Assembly: GCA_004213175.1 (NCBI GenBank)
Contig: SHAT01000005.1
Location: 360-64,359 of the forward strand
DNA length: 64,000 bases
Reading direction: 5' to 3'
From: Pseudomonadota bacterium
GTDB lineage: Bacteria > SAR324 > NAC60-12
In this document: in pieces, positions 31,909 to 40,584 of the stretch
Numbering within the stretch: the first letter of the stretch is position 1
Layout: each line of letters starts with the position of its first letter
The notes under the pieces: model-generated
The model's input: only the letters and a program-made list of their open reading frames with translations
Database searches by the model: none
Told to the model about the DNA's origin: nothing
Position numbers and translations under genes: made by a program

Positions 31909-32035
31909 AAGTAGTAGTAACAAAGCGTTAGCTAAATTATTTGAATGTCCACTTTATACAAAACTCAAAGCTGCTGAAACACTGTGATAATGACAGAATG
32001 TGTTAATTATTTCAAGTTGTTGAAATGAATCTAGA

Positions 32036-33541
32036 CTAAAGTGAGTTAGTATTTTTGCTTGCAAAGCGTTGGATATCCTGTATATCCATTGGGGGGAATA
32101 ACCAGTAATCGGGAACATAACCTGAAGGTGAAACCGATTTTGCTTGGTGGTTAAGGTGAAGACGATGACTGAATGAAAGCATTATTCTTGAGTGCTTCAA
32201 CTGGAAAATTGGGCCAGAAGTGTTCTTGGGAAAAGGACCAGTATTTGATCCAATTAGAACTCCCTGAGGGATCTGTTTTGTCAAAGCAGCCAAAAATTGA
32301 CAGCCGTTTCCGCAATGCTGGTTGGCCAAGACAATCAAACGTGTATTCCACTTTGGGGAATTTCTGTTACCGTTGAAAATGAACTTGGTCTCTATCCATT
32401 TTTCGGCAATTCCTTTTTCTCTTAAATGCTTCCCAAGGGCCTTCAACTGAAGACTTTTTTGCTCAAGCTGATCCTGACCTATTAGTAAACGCATCGATGA
32501 ATGATGTAGGTTCCACTGGACCCGGTTTAACAGTCCTTTTATGATTGGAATTGTATGACGTTCCTTAACGATTACGTTTTTCCAATGGTTGCGGGTATAA
32601 TGTTTCAACCATTTTTCAAAAAATGCAAAGCTCCCGTTTCTGTTACCTCTTACGTCAATAATAAGCGTAGAGGATTTTCTTAATTTTCGAGCTAATTTAT
32701 GAAATTCTTTGACCGTTATTTCTTCAGAATTAGCATCCCTGTACCATCGTATATACGGCGTTCTTCCACTTATGTAATCATAAACAGGCGTTTCCGGTTG
32801 ATTTAATTCTGCTTCCGGTATAAGCAGCGGTAATAGGATTTTTTGTTTTTCACCTGAATCATTTTCAAATATGCAATCAAGCGGCTCAAGTTGATGATTA
32901 GCTTGTTGCCCCATCATAAAAATTTCTTCAGACTGTCTCAGTGGTAAAATGGGAAAAAAAATCTCCTGTTGAGTTTTACAACCGACGTACCAGTGGTTTA
33001 CTATCTTTTTATAAAAATTCATGGTTGGTAAGACTCTGAAACGCCCGTTATCATGAGCCAGGCGTATACCAGAAAAAAAAGCAACTTTAGGTTCAACACG
33101 AAGAACATAATGTCGATTTTTTATAAAAAGATCGGTTCTTAAATTACCGTCATTAGTGAATTCCAAAGACTTTATCAATTTTTTTTGAAAATGATGCGTC
33201 AGAATAGGATTTTTGTTTTTTGATAATTGATCCAACAAACTTTGGATTGCAGATTCCCATTTTACTCCAGACTTTTCAATGATTGGGGAACGTACATAGT
33301 TCTCTCGCAGCAAGCTTTCTACCTGTAAAATGTCTGCATGCATTAGATCTTTTGAAAGAAACAAGGGACCGTTCCCGGAAAAATCGAGGTTTGGGATTGT
33401 CTCGGTACCTTGAGAATTTACAACGTAGAATAATAAAAAGATAGACGTAATGCTAAAAGTTTTTGCAATTTGTTGAAACTCAGAAATACGGAATTTCTCA
33501 ACTATTTTATAAAACAACTTAAATGCCTGTAAATATTTCAT
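32036..33541 (-). CDS. S41 (tail-specific protease)-like secreted protein, catalytic Ser apparently absent
   Basis: LIIDVRGNRNG (cf. LIIDLR.N.GG), VLANQHCGNGCQFLA (cf. VL.....SA.E.FA), LIGSNTG, GYVPD. Start uncertain (33541 or 33595). Confidence 0.65.
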   Translation of the reverse strand: MKYLQAFKLFYKIVEKFRISEFQQIAKTFSITSIFLLFYVVNSQGTETIPNLDFSGNGPLFLSKDLMHADILQVESLLRENYVRSPIIEKSGVKWESAIQSLLDQLSKNKNPILTHHFQKKLIKSLEFTNDGNLRTDLFIKNRHYVLRVEPKVAFFSGIRLAHDNGRFRVLPTMNFYKKIVNHWYVGCKTQQEIFFPILPLRQSEEIFMMGQQANHQLEPLDCIFENDSGEKQKILLPLLIPEAELNQPETPVYDYISGRTPYIRWYRDANSEEITVKEFHKLARKLRKSSTLIIDVRGNRNGSFAFFEKWLKHYTRNHWKNVIVKERHTIPIIKGLLNRVQWNLHHSSMRLLIGQDQLEQKSLQLKALGKHLREKGIAEKWIETKFIFNGNRNSPKWNTRLIVLANQHCGNGCQFLAALTKQIPQGVLIGSNTGPFPKNTSGPIFQLKHSRIMLSFSHRLHLNHQAKSVSPSGYVPDYWLFPPMDIQDIQRFASKNTNSL

Positions 33542-34334
33542 TTTGATCAATTTTAAGGTAATCACTAAACAAATCCATCCATTCTTTAAAATCAAGTGTC
33601 TCCGGACGACGAAGACTAAAACTTTCGCGCAGAGAATCCCCGCGATTTTGATACCATTCTGGAAAATGCTGGCGTATCCCGTTCATCAGAGTTTTTCTTC
33701 GCTGTTGAAACAACAGCTGACTCCACTTGAGGAAATGTTTTTCATTTTCAGGAGTGAGCCCGGAAGTACGAGGTAAAAGTTGTATTAACGCAGAATCCAC
33801 CTTCGGAGCAGGTTTAAAAGATTCAGGTGGTATATTTGCGATAATTGTACGCTCAAATCCCAATGCTCCTACCAGAGACAAGGGGCCATAAACTTTTCCG
33901 GATTCAGGAGTTGCACAAATTCTTTCTGCAACTTCCAATTGCACCATGAGTGTTAAAGATTGCCAAGCATTACGGAAGGGTAGCATTTTTAGGATCAGTG
34001 GAGTTGTAATATTGTATGGCAAATTTGCTACCACTTTTGCAGGTGCAGGAATTAATCCAGAAAATTCTTCCGGACTCAGTTCCATGGCGTCCATTTCAAG
34101 CAGCGTGAATTTTTTTTCACTTTTGAAACGTTTTCTTAACATTATACACAATTCGGGGTCTATTTCTATGGCAGTGACTTCTGAGTTGCACTCTAGCAAA
34201 GCGGTAGTTAAGATGCCGAGGCCAGGACCAATTTCCAAGATTGAATCACTATTTTTAACATCTGCAGCCAGAACTATTGAATCAACCACTTCCTGTTGAA
34301 TTAAAAAATTTTGACCCCACTTTTTTTTTGCCAT
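33519..34334 (-). CDS. rsmA: 16S rRNA m6(2)A1518/1519 dimethyltransferase
   Basis: KKKWGQNFL, LEIGPGLG.LT, IEID, VVANLPYNI, MVQLEVAER, F.PAPKVDS, QRRKTL.N. Confidence 0.96.
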   Translation of the reverse strand: MAKKKWGQNFLIQQEVVDSIVLAADVKNSDSILEIGPGLGILTTALLECNSEVTAIEIDPELCIMLRKRFKSEKKFTLLEMDAMELSPEEFSGLIPAPAKVVANLPYNITTPLILKMLPFRNAWQSLTLMVQLEVAERICATPESGKVYGPLSLVGALGFERTIIANIPPESFKPAPKVDSALIQLLPRTSGLTPENEKHFLKWSQLLFQQRRKTLMNGIRQHFPEWYQNRGDSLRESFSLRRPETLDFKEWMDLFSDYLKIDQNEIFTGI

Positions 34335-34529
34335 TAGTCCTTCATGTTGGATGAATTTTGTATAATACAGAAAAGACGTTTGTTTAGGAAAATTAGTTTA
34401 AATATTGTTATTTTTTACAGAATTATTTTTCACTTAAAGCATAGTTGTATTTTAAAAGAGTGTTTCGATAAAAGCAAACCTCTGTTTCTTAGATTACTTT
34501 TTAAAAAAATGTTTGACTTATTGATCAGA

Positions 34530-34559
34530 TTGAAATATTTTCAAGTAGGCATTTAAAAT
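34530..34559 (+). promoter_or_regulatory. Candidate sigma70 promoter for the moaA leader
   Basis: TTGAAA-18 nt-TAAAAT, placing a start site just before the riboswitch P1. The -35 lies within a ttgaaa-tat-tttcaa palindrome. AT-rich context makes a chance match possible. Confidence 0.35.
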
Positions 34560-34567
34560 TATATTTA

Positions 34568-34662
34568 TCTCCGATTCGTTGAAACCTAAGGGATCAACTA
34601 TGGTTTGGCGAACGATAGGGCTGATAGGGAAACTGATCTGCCTCCCGAGTTTGGAAAGGAGA
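34568..34662 (+). ncRNA. Moco/Tuco RNA motif (molybdenum/tungsten cofactor riboswitch), P3-less form
   Basis: P1 tctcc/ggaga enclosing the SD; P2 with the CCUAAG...UAUGG receptor; P4 closed by a GAAA tetraloop; hallmark GCCTCCCG....TGGAAAGGAG; ends 6 nt before the moaA ATG. Confidence 0.9.
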
Positions 34663-34668
34663 AACTCC

Positions 34669-35616
34669 ATGATTGACCTGCACGGTCGAAATATTAATAA
34701 ACTCCGTATATCCCTGACTGAGGTCTGCAATATGGCCTGCACATACTGCGTTACCAGTTTGAGTGATCATAAGCGTGTGCCTGATGAATTAAAAACAGAG
34801 CAGATGTTAAGATTAGTCCGGATGCTGAAGGATTATGCTGGAATAGAAAAAGTACGTCTAACTGGAGGTGAACCTTTACTGTATCCAAACCTGATCACGA
34901 TTGTTTCCGGTATTCATGAAATGGGAATCACTAGCATAGGTATGACAACAAACGGTCAACTACTCGCCAGAAAAGCAAAAGATCTCGCTGAAGCAGGACT
35001 AAAAAATGTTAATTTTAGTTTGGACTCACTTGATCCTGAAAATTTTAAAAGGATGGGACGTGTTGGAAAACTTCATAAAACCCTTGAAGGTATTGATGCA
35101 TGTTTAAAATATGGATTGAGTGTCAAAGTCAACATGGTGGTAATGAAGGGTGAGAACGATGATGAAATTGTTAAAATGCTTGAATATGGTGTAGTACATG
35201 GAGTCGAGATACGTTATCTTGAACTAATGGGTATGGGGCCTCTACACAAGAATGGTGATCAAAAATTGGTGAGTATGGAGGAAATACTTGAACAAATTTC
35301 TGCCAAGTATGATGTTCAACTTGTTTCATCAGAATCAGACTCAACTTCGATTAGATACTGGGTTCCGGGTGGTTATTTTGGAATTATTCCTAATAATAGC
35401 GCTCCATTCTGTTCTACCTGTTCACGTTTACGTTTAACTTCCAATGGACAGTTAATTGGTTGCTTAAGTAATCCCTCAAGAGTCTCAGTTAGTCATTTAT
35501 TAGAGCAAAATGATCCTGAAGATGCACTGCAAAAACTTGTGAAAAAATCGATTTCCTACAAACAAGATGTAACTTTCACCGGTTCTTCTCTTGTCATGTC
35601 AAAGGTAGGTGGTTAG
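34669..35616 (+). CDS. moaA: GTP 3',8-cyclase MoaA
   Basis: LRISLTEVCNMACTYC, KVRLTGGEPL, TTNG, SLDSL, FCSTCSRLRLT..G....CL, C-terminal GG; AGGAG SD before ATG 34669. Confidence 0.93.
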   Translation: MIDLHGRNINKLRISLTEVCNMACTYCVTSLSDHKRVPDELKTEQMLRLVRMLKDYAGIEKVRLTGGEPLLYPNLITIVSGIHEMGITSIGMTTNGQLLARKAKDLAEAGLKNVNFSLDSLDPENFKRMGRVGKLHKTLEGIDACLKYGLSVKVNMVVMKGENDDEIVKMLEYGVVHGVEIRYLELMGMGPLHKNGDQKLVSMEEILEQISAKYDVQLVSSESDSTSIRYWVPGGYFGIIPNNSAPFCSTCSRLRLTSNGQLIGCLSNPSRVSVSHLLEQNDPEDALQKLVKKSISYKQDVTFTGSSLVMSKVGG

Positions 35617-35750
35617 CCTACTTATATGTAAGGTAGAGTAACACTTGCGTTTTATCCCTGCTTCCTGTAAAAAACTATAATCCTTTTAGAGCGAAACTAT
35701 AGTTGGACACAACAAAGTTTTGAACCACATTTTTTTAAGAAGCTATCTCT

Positions 35751-37334
35751 ATGCGAGCATATTTTTTACTAACCACGGTTGCCATTCTTGGCATAAATGT
35801 GGTTTCTTTCTTTTATCTCCCGGAAGTTCTCTGGTCAATGGTCGTTTTTGGACCGCTTATTTTGCTAGGATTGTATGATATCACGCAAAAATCTCACTCT
35901 ATCCTGAGAAATTTTCCTGTATTAGGGCATATGCGTTTTCTGCTTGAGGAAATTCGTCCAGAAATTTACCAGTATTTTGTGGAGTCAGATACGAGTGGGC
36001 GTCCTTTCAGTAGGGAACAGCGAACTGTTGTCTATTCACGTGCTAAAAATACAAGGGACACGATCCCTTTTGGTACTGTAGAAGAGGTATATGAGACTGG
36101 ATACGAATGGGTCAACCACTCACTCAGCCCAAAGAAAATGGAGCATGGAGATGTACGGGTAATGATTGGTGGACCTGAATGCAAACAGCCATATTCTTCC
36201 AGCATCCTCAATATCTCCGCAATGAGTTTTGGTGCATTGAGTAAAAATGCCATTATAGCTCTTAATCAAGGTGCTAAAATGGGAAGTTTTTCCCACAACA
36301 CTGGAGAAGGAGGAGTAAGTCCCTATCATCTCCAGGGAGGTGATTTGGTTTGGCAGGTTGGAACAGGTTATTTTGGTTGCCGTGATAAAGAGGGTAAATT
36401 TTGTTCTGACAGATTTACTGATAATTCGTCCAGAGAACAAATAAAGATGATTGAAATAAAGCTCTCTCAAGGCGCAAAACCAGGACATGGTGGAATCTTA
36501 CCTGCAGCTAAACTCACAGAGGAAATTGCAAAAATTCGCGAAGTGCCTATGGGGCTTGATGTTGACTCTCCGCCAGGTCACTCTGCATTTTCTAACCCTC
36601 TTGAACTGATGGAATTCATCTCTAAGTTACGTGAACTTTCCGGAGGGAAACCTATTGGTTTTAAGCTATGTGTTGGAAAACGCAGGGAATTTATCGCGAT
36701 ATGTAAAGCAATGCAAGAAACCGGAATATTACCGGATTTTATTAATGTAGACGGCGGGGAAGGAGGAACCGGTGCTGCTCCTATGGAATTTTCAAATCAC
36801 ATCGGAACTCCGCTGGTCGAGGGTTTGATTTTTGTGCATAACGTTTTGGTTGGATATGACTTACGGGAAAAAATTAAGGTTATAAGCAGTGGTAAAATGA
36901 CATCTGGATTTGGACTGGTAAAACGTCTTGCTTTAGGAGCAGACATTTGCAATTCGGCAAGAGCTATGATGATGGCACTAGGATGCATTCAGGCTAGAAA
37001 ATGTAACTCGAACGTCTGCCCGGTAGGAGTCGCTACACAAGATAAAAGTTTATATCAAGCGCTTGTTCCTGAAGACAAGAGTAGACGAGTTAATAATTAT
37101 CATAAAAATACTGTTGACAGTGCCTGCCAAATAATGGGGGCAATGGGATTGGGAAGCGCTACAGAATTAAGGCCATGGCACTTGATGCGTCGAATTGAGG
37201 CTTACGAAATCAGAAACTTTTCAGAAATATACGAATATATCGAAGCGGGATCTTTGCTACAAAAAAACAAACCTGAAAGTTATGCTCGAGCCTGTGATGC
37301 AGCGCGTTCTGATAGTTTTACTGCTATAAATTAA
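35751..37334 (+). CDS. FMN-binding glutamate synthase family protein (stand-alone, membrane-anchored YerD-like)
   Basis: N-terminal TM, RNFPVLGH.R, ISAMSFGALS, NTGEGG, EIKLSQGAKPGHGG, DGGEGGTGAAP, GCIQARKCNSNVCPVGVATQ. Confidence 0.9.
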   Translation: MRAYFLLTTVAILGINVVSFFYLPEVLWSMVVFGPLILLGLYDITQKSHSILRNFPVLGHMRFLLEEIRPEIYQYFVESDTSGRPFSREQRTVVYSRAKNTRDTIPFGTVEEVYETGYEWVNHSLSPKKMEHGDVRVMIGGPECKQPYSSSILNISAMSFGALSKNAIIALNQGAKMGSFSHNTGEGGVSPYHLQGGDLVWQVGTGYFGCRDKEGKFCSDRFTDNSSREQIKMIEIKLSQGAKPGHGGILPAAKLTEEIAKIREVPMGLDVDSPPGHSAFSNPLELMEFISKLRELSGGKPIGFKLCVGKRREFIAICKAMQETGILPDFINVDGGEGGTGAAPMEFSNHIGTPLVEGLIFVHNVLVGYDLREKIKVISSGKMTSGFGLVKRLALGADICNSARAMMMALGCIQARKCNSNVCPVGVATQDKSLYQALVPEDKSRRVNNYHKNTVDSACQIMGAMGLGSATELRPWHLMRRIEAYEIRNFSEIYEYIEAGSLLQKNKPESYARACDAARSDSFTAIN

Positions 37335-37400
37335 AGAAATTAATTCAGGAACAATTTTTAAAGAATATCCTGAACCTATAACTGATAACTGAAAAATATT

Positions 37401-39044
37401 ATGAAATCATCTGATTTATTTATCAAGGTACTTGAGGAAGAAGGGGTTGAATATATTTTTGGTGTTCCAGGTGAAGAAAATCTGGATTTCCTCAATTCAC
37501 TAAAAGACTCATCAATCAAACTGATCTTGACACGACACGAACAAGCTGCAGGATTTATGGCTGCTACCTACGGACGTCTAACTGGTATGACAGGAGTATG
37601 TCTATCGACTCTTGGGCCTGGAGCCACGAATCTTGTAACAGCTGCCGCATATGCTCAACTTGCTGCTATGCCGATGGTTATGATTACAGGTCAAAAACCG
37701 ATTAAGCATAGTAAGCAGGGTAGGTTCCAAATTTTGGATGTGGTTGAAATGATGAAACCATTAACAAAATACACTCATTCGATTGTGAGCGGTAATAACA
37801 TTCCCTCGCGAGTAAGAGAAGCCTTCCGGATTTCTCAGGAAGAACGCCCCGGAGCGGCGCATTTGGAACTGCCGGAAGATGTTGCCGGAGAGGACGTTAG
37901 TGAGACTCAGCCTTTACCGCGTAGCCGTGCGCGTCGTCCAATTGCAGAAGGGAAGGCAGTCAAGCAAGCAGTGGAAATGATTGAGAAAGCAAAAAGTCCG
38001 TTGCTTTTAATTGGGGCAGGATCCAACCGTAAGATGCCCGCCCGTATGCTGCGCTCCTTTGTGGATAAAACTAATATTCCGTTTATCAGCACGCAAATGG
38101 GAAAAGGAGTCCTTGACGAACGAGATCCTTTGTTTCTTGGAAATGCAGCACTTTCAGCTAATGATTTCCTGCATCGAGCTATTGCGAATGCGGATTTAAT
38201 TATCAATGTTGGTCACGATGATATTGAAAAACCTCCATTCATTATGGAAAGTGATTCATTTGAGGTAATTCATATTAACTTCTCATCAGCTGAAGTTGAT
38301 CCTGTTTATTTTCCTCAACTTGAAGTTATTGGTGACATTTCTAACAGTATTTGGCAAATAAAAGAGAGAATTCTTCCGCAGGGTTCGTGGGACTTTAGTT
38401 ATGCCTTAAAGGTCAAAAAAGCAGTAGATGCACACCTTCTCGAAGGAGCAGACGACCCGCGATTCCCGATGCTGCCTCAACGTTTTGTGGCTGATGTAAG
38501 GGAGGCAATGCCCTCTAATGGTATAATCGCTCTCGACAATGGTGTTTATAAAATATGGTTTGCTCGTAACTATAAAGCTTACGAACCTAACACAGTTTTG
38601 CTTGACAACGCTTTGGCCACTATGGGCGCAGGCCTACCTTCGGCTATGGGTGCGCATATGGTTCATCCGGATCGCAAAGTAATGGCGATTTGCGGAGATG
38701 GTGGCTTCATGATGAACGCGCAGGAACTTGAAACTGCGGTCCGCCTTAAAATGAATTTAATCTGCCTAATTTTACGTGATAATTCATATGGTATGATCCG
38801 ATGGAAGCAGGCAAACTTAGGCTTTAAGGATTTTGGCCTGGAATACGACAATCCTGATTTTGTTAATTTTGCGAAATGTCACGGAGCACACGGATATCGA
38901 GTGGAAAAAACTGAAGAATTTGTTCCACTATTGAAAAAATGTCATGATATACCCGGAGTTCATGTGGTTGAACTACCAGTGGATTATTCCGAAAATGATC
39001 GAATTCTTAATCACGAAATTAAAGAAAGAAGTCAAAAAATTTGA
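37401..39044 (+). CDS. Acetolactate synthase large subunit-like ThDP enzyme
   Basis: FGVPGEENLD, RHEQAAGFMA, TLGPGATN, LDNALATMG, GDGGFMM...DN.YGMI; no adjacent small subunit. Confidence 0.88.
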   Translation: MKSSDLFIKVLEEEGVEYIFGVPGEENLDFLNSLKDSSIKLILTRHEQAAGFMAATYGRLTGMTGVCLSTLGPGATNLVTAAAYAQLAAMPMVMITGQKPIKHSKQGRFQILDVVEMMKPLTKYTHSIVSGNNIPSRVREAFRISQEERPGAAHLELPEDVAGEDVSETQPLPRSRARRPIAEGKAVKQAVEMIEKAKSPLLLIGAGSNRKMPARMLRSFVDKTNIPFISTQMGKGVLDERDPLFLGNAALSANDFLHRAIANADLIINVGHDDIEKPPFIMESDSFEVIHINFSSAEVDPVYFPQLEVIGDISNSIWQIKERILPQGSWDFSYALKVKKAVDAHLLEGADDPRFPMLPQRFVADVREAMPSNGIIALDNGVYKIWFARNYKAYEPNTVLLDNALATMGAGLPSAMGAHMVHPDRKVMAICGDGGFMMNAQELETAVRLKMNLICLILRDNSYGMIRWKQANLGFKDFGLEYDNPDFVNFAKCHGAHGYRVEKTEEFVPLLKKCHDIPGVHVVELPVDYSENDRILNHEIKERSQKI

Positions 39045-39068
39045 AGGGATTGAGAGGGAACATTCTGA

Positions 39069-40541
39069 ATGAAAAACTATGATCTGTGCGTAATCGGCGG
39101 AGGTCCATCAGGTTATGCCGCTGCAATGCGAGCGGTAGATTTTAATAAAAGTGTCCTGCTTGTTGAACGTGACCGTATTGGTGGTGCTGGAATTTATGAC
39201 GGTGCGCTTTCCTCTAAAACATTTTGGGAAATTTCCAAAGAATACTCTTCCTTCTGTAAAAAAATGCAACACTACGGTTTGGAAGAACCTGTTGTGCATT
39301 TTAAGAATGTTCTACAAGAAGTAAATTCCGCAGTTTTTGAACGTTCAGATCAACTTGAAGAACATCTGAGGTTGGTTATTAAAAAGCGACCGGAGTCATT
39401 TCGTTTTGTCAAAGGAAACGGACGTTTAATCAGTGAAAATGAAATTGAACTGGAATCTGAATCCGGAAAAGAAAAAATATTTGCAAAAAATATTATAATT
39501 GCTACCGGAAGTCGCCCCCGGAAAATCCCCAGTATTACAATTGATGAAGATATCATCATGACCAGTGACGGTATCAGTTCCCTTGAAGAGTTCCCGGAAA
39601 GTCTGGTAATCCTTGGTGCTGGAGTCATTGGCTGCGAGTTTGCCACTATCTTTTCCAATTTTAAAAAAACAAAGGTACATATAATTTCGAAAGACGACCG
39701 GATTTTGCCTTTTGAAGACCCTGATCTCGCTCTTGTGGTTGAGTCAAATTTAGAAGCTAATGGGGTGCTTATTCATAGGGAATCAAAACTTGAAAAAATG
39801 GAAATAGAAAATGGTCGAGTGGAATATATCCTTGTACATCCTGACAGGAGAAAAGAGGTTTATCATGCGGAAAAAGCCTTGGTATCAGTGGGGCGCATTC
39901 CAAATATAGAAAATACAGGTTTGCGAGAATTAGACGTTGAACTGAGTGCTGCAGGGCACATTGTAGATAATGATACTCAAACCAGTATTACTAACATATA
40001 CGCAGTGGGAGATATTACCGCAGACATTGCACTGGTTAACGTAGGAGAGCTTGAGGGGCGACATTCAGTAGAAAAAATGTATGGTAAAGGAAGACGTAAA
40101 ATGCTTTATGAAAATATTTCAACAATTATGTTCCTCAATCCTGAAGTAGCTGGGGTTGGGATGAATGAACAGCAAGCACAAAAAGCAGGACTTAATTACC
40201 GGCTTGCCAGCTTTGATTACCGCTGCATTCCTCGTGCTGTGGCGATGCGTAATACTCAGGGTTTTTTCAAAATTCTTGTAACTGATGATGATAAAATGAG
40301 AATCCTTGGATTACGTGCAGTTGGCGAACACGCTTCTAGTGCGATTCAGGCTGTTGCTTTGTTGATAGCTACTGAAAAAGGTATTGATGAATTAGCCGAA
40401 TTAATACATCCCCATCCATCAATTATTGAAGGTATACAAGAATGCATACGAATGCTTCTTGGAAAATCAATATATAAACCCTATATTTTTCAGGAACTTC
40501 TAAACTGTAGACACTTCAAGGATGGTAAATACATTGATTGA
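39069..40541 (+). CDS. Pyridine nucleotide-disulfide oxidoreductase family flavoprotein (LpdA/SthA-like) without redox cysteines
   Basis: GGGPSG, IATGSRP, GAGVIGCEFA, GRIPN, IYAVGD, PEVAGVG, HPHPS..EG; the CxxxxC site reads AGIYDGA. Confidence 0.85.
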   Translation: MKNYDLCVIGGGPSGYAAAMRAVDFNKSVLLVERDRIGGAGIYDGALSSKTFWEISKEYSSFCKKMQHYGLEEPVVHFKNVLQEVNSAVFERSDQLEEHLRLVIKKRPESFRFVKGNGRLISENEIELESESGKEKIFAKNIIIATGSRPRKIPSITIDEDIIMTSDGISSLEEFPESLVILGAGVIGCEFATIFSNFKKTKVHIISKDDRILPFEDPDLALVVESNLEANGVLIHRESKLEKMEIENGRVEYILVHPDRRKEVYHAEKALVSVGRIPNIENTGLRELDVELSAAGHIVDNDTQTSITNIYAVGDITADIALVNVGELEGRHSVEKMYGKGRRKMLYENISTIMFLNPEVAGVGMNEQQAQKAGLNYRLASFDYRCIPRAVAMRNTQGFFKILVTDDDKMRILGLRAVGEHASSAIQAVALLIATEKGIDELAELIHPHPSIIEGIQECIRMLLGKSIYKPYIFQELLNCRHFKDGKYID

Positions 40542-40584
40542 AAAAAACTGAATCTACCCATTTAATAATAGATAATCTAATTTA

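Noticed and set aside
34579-34668. 30-aa N-terminal extension of MoaA
   Set aside because: This is the riboswitch; a strong SD precedes ATG 34669.
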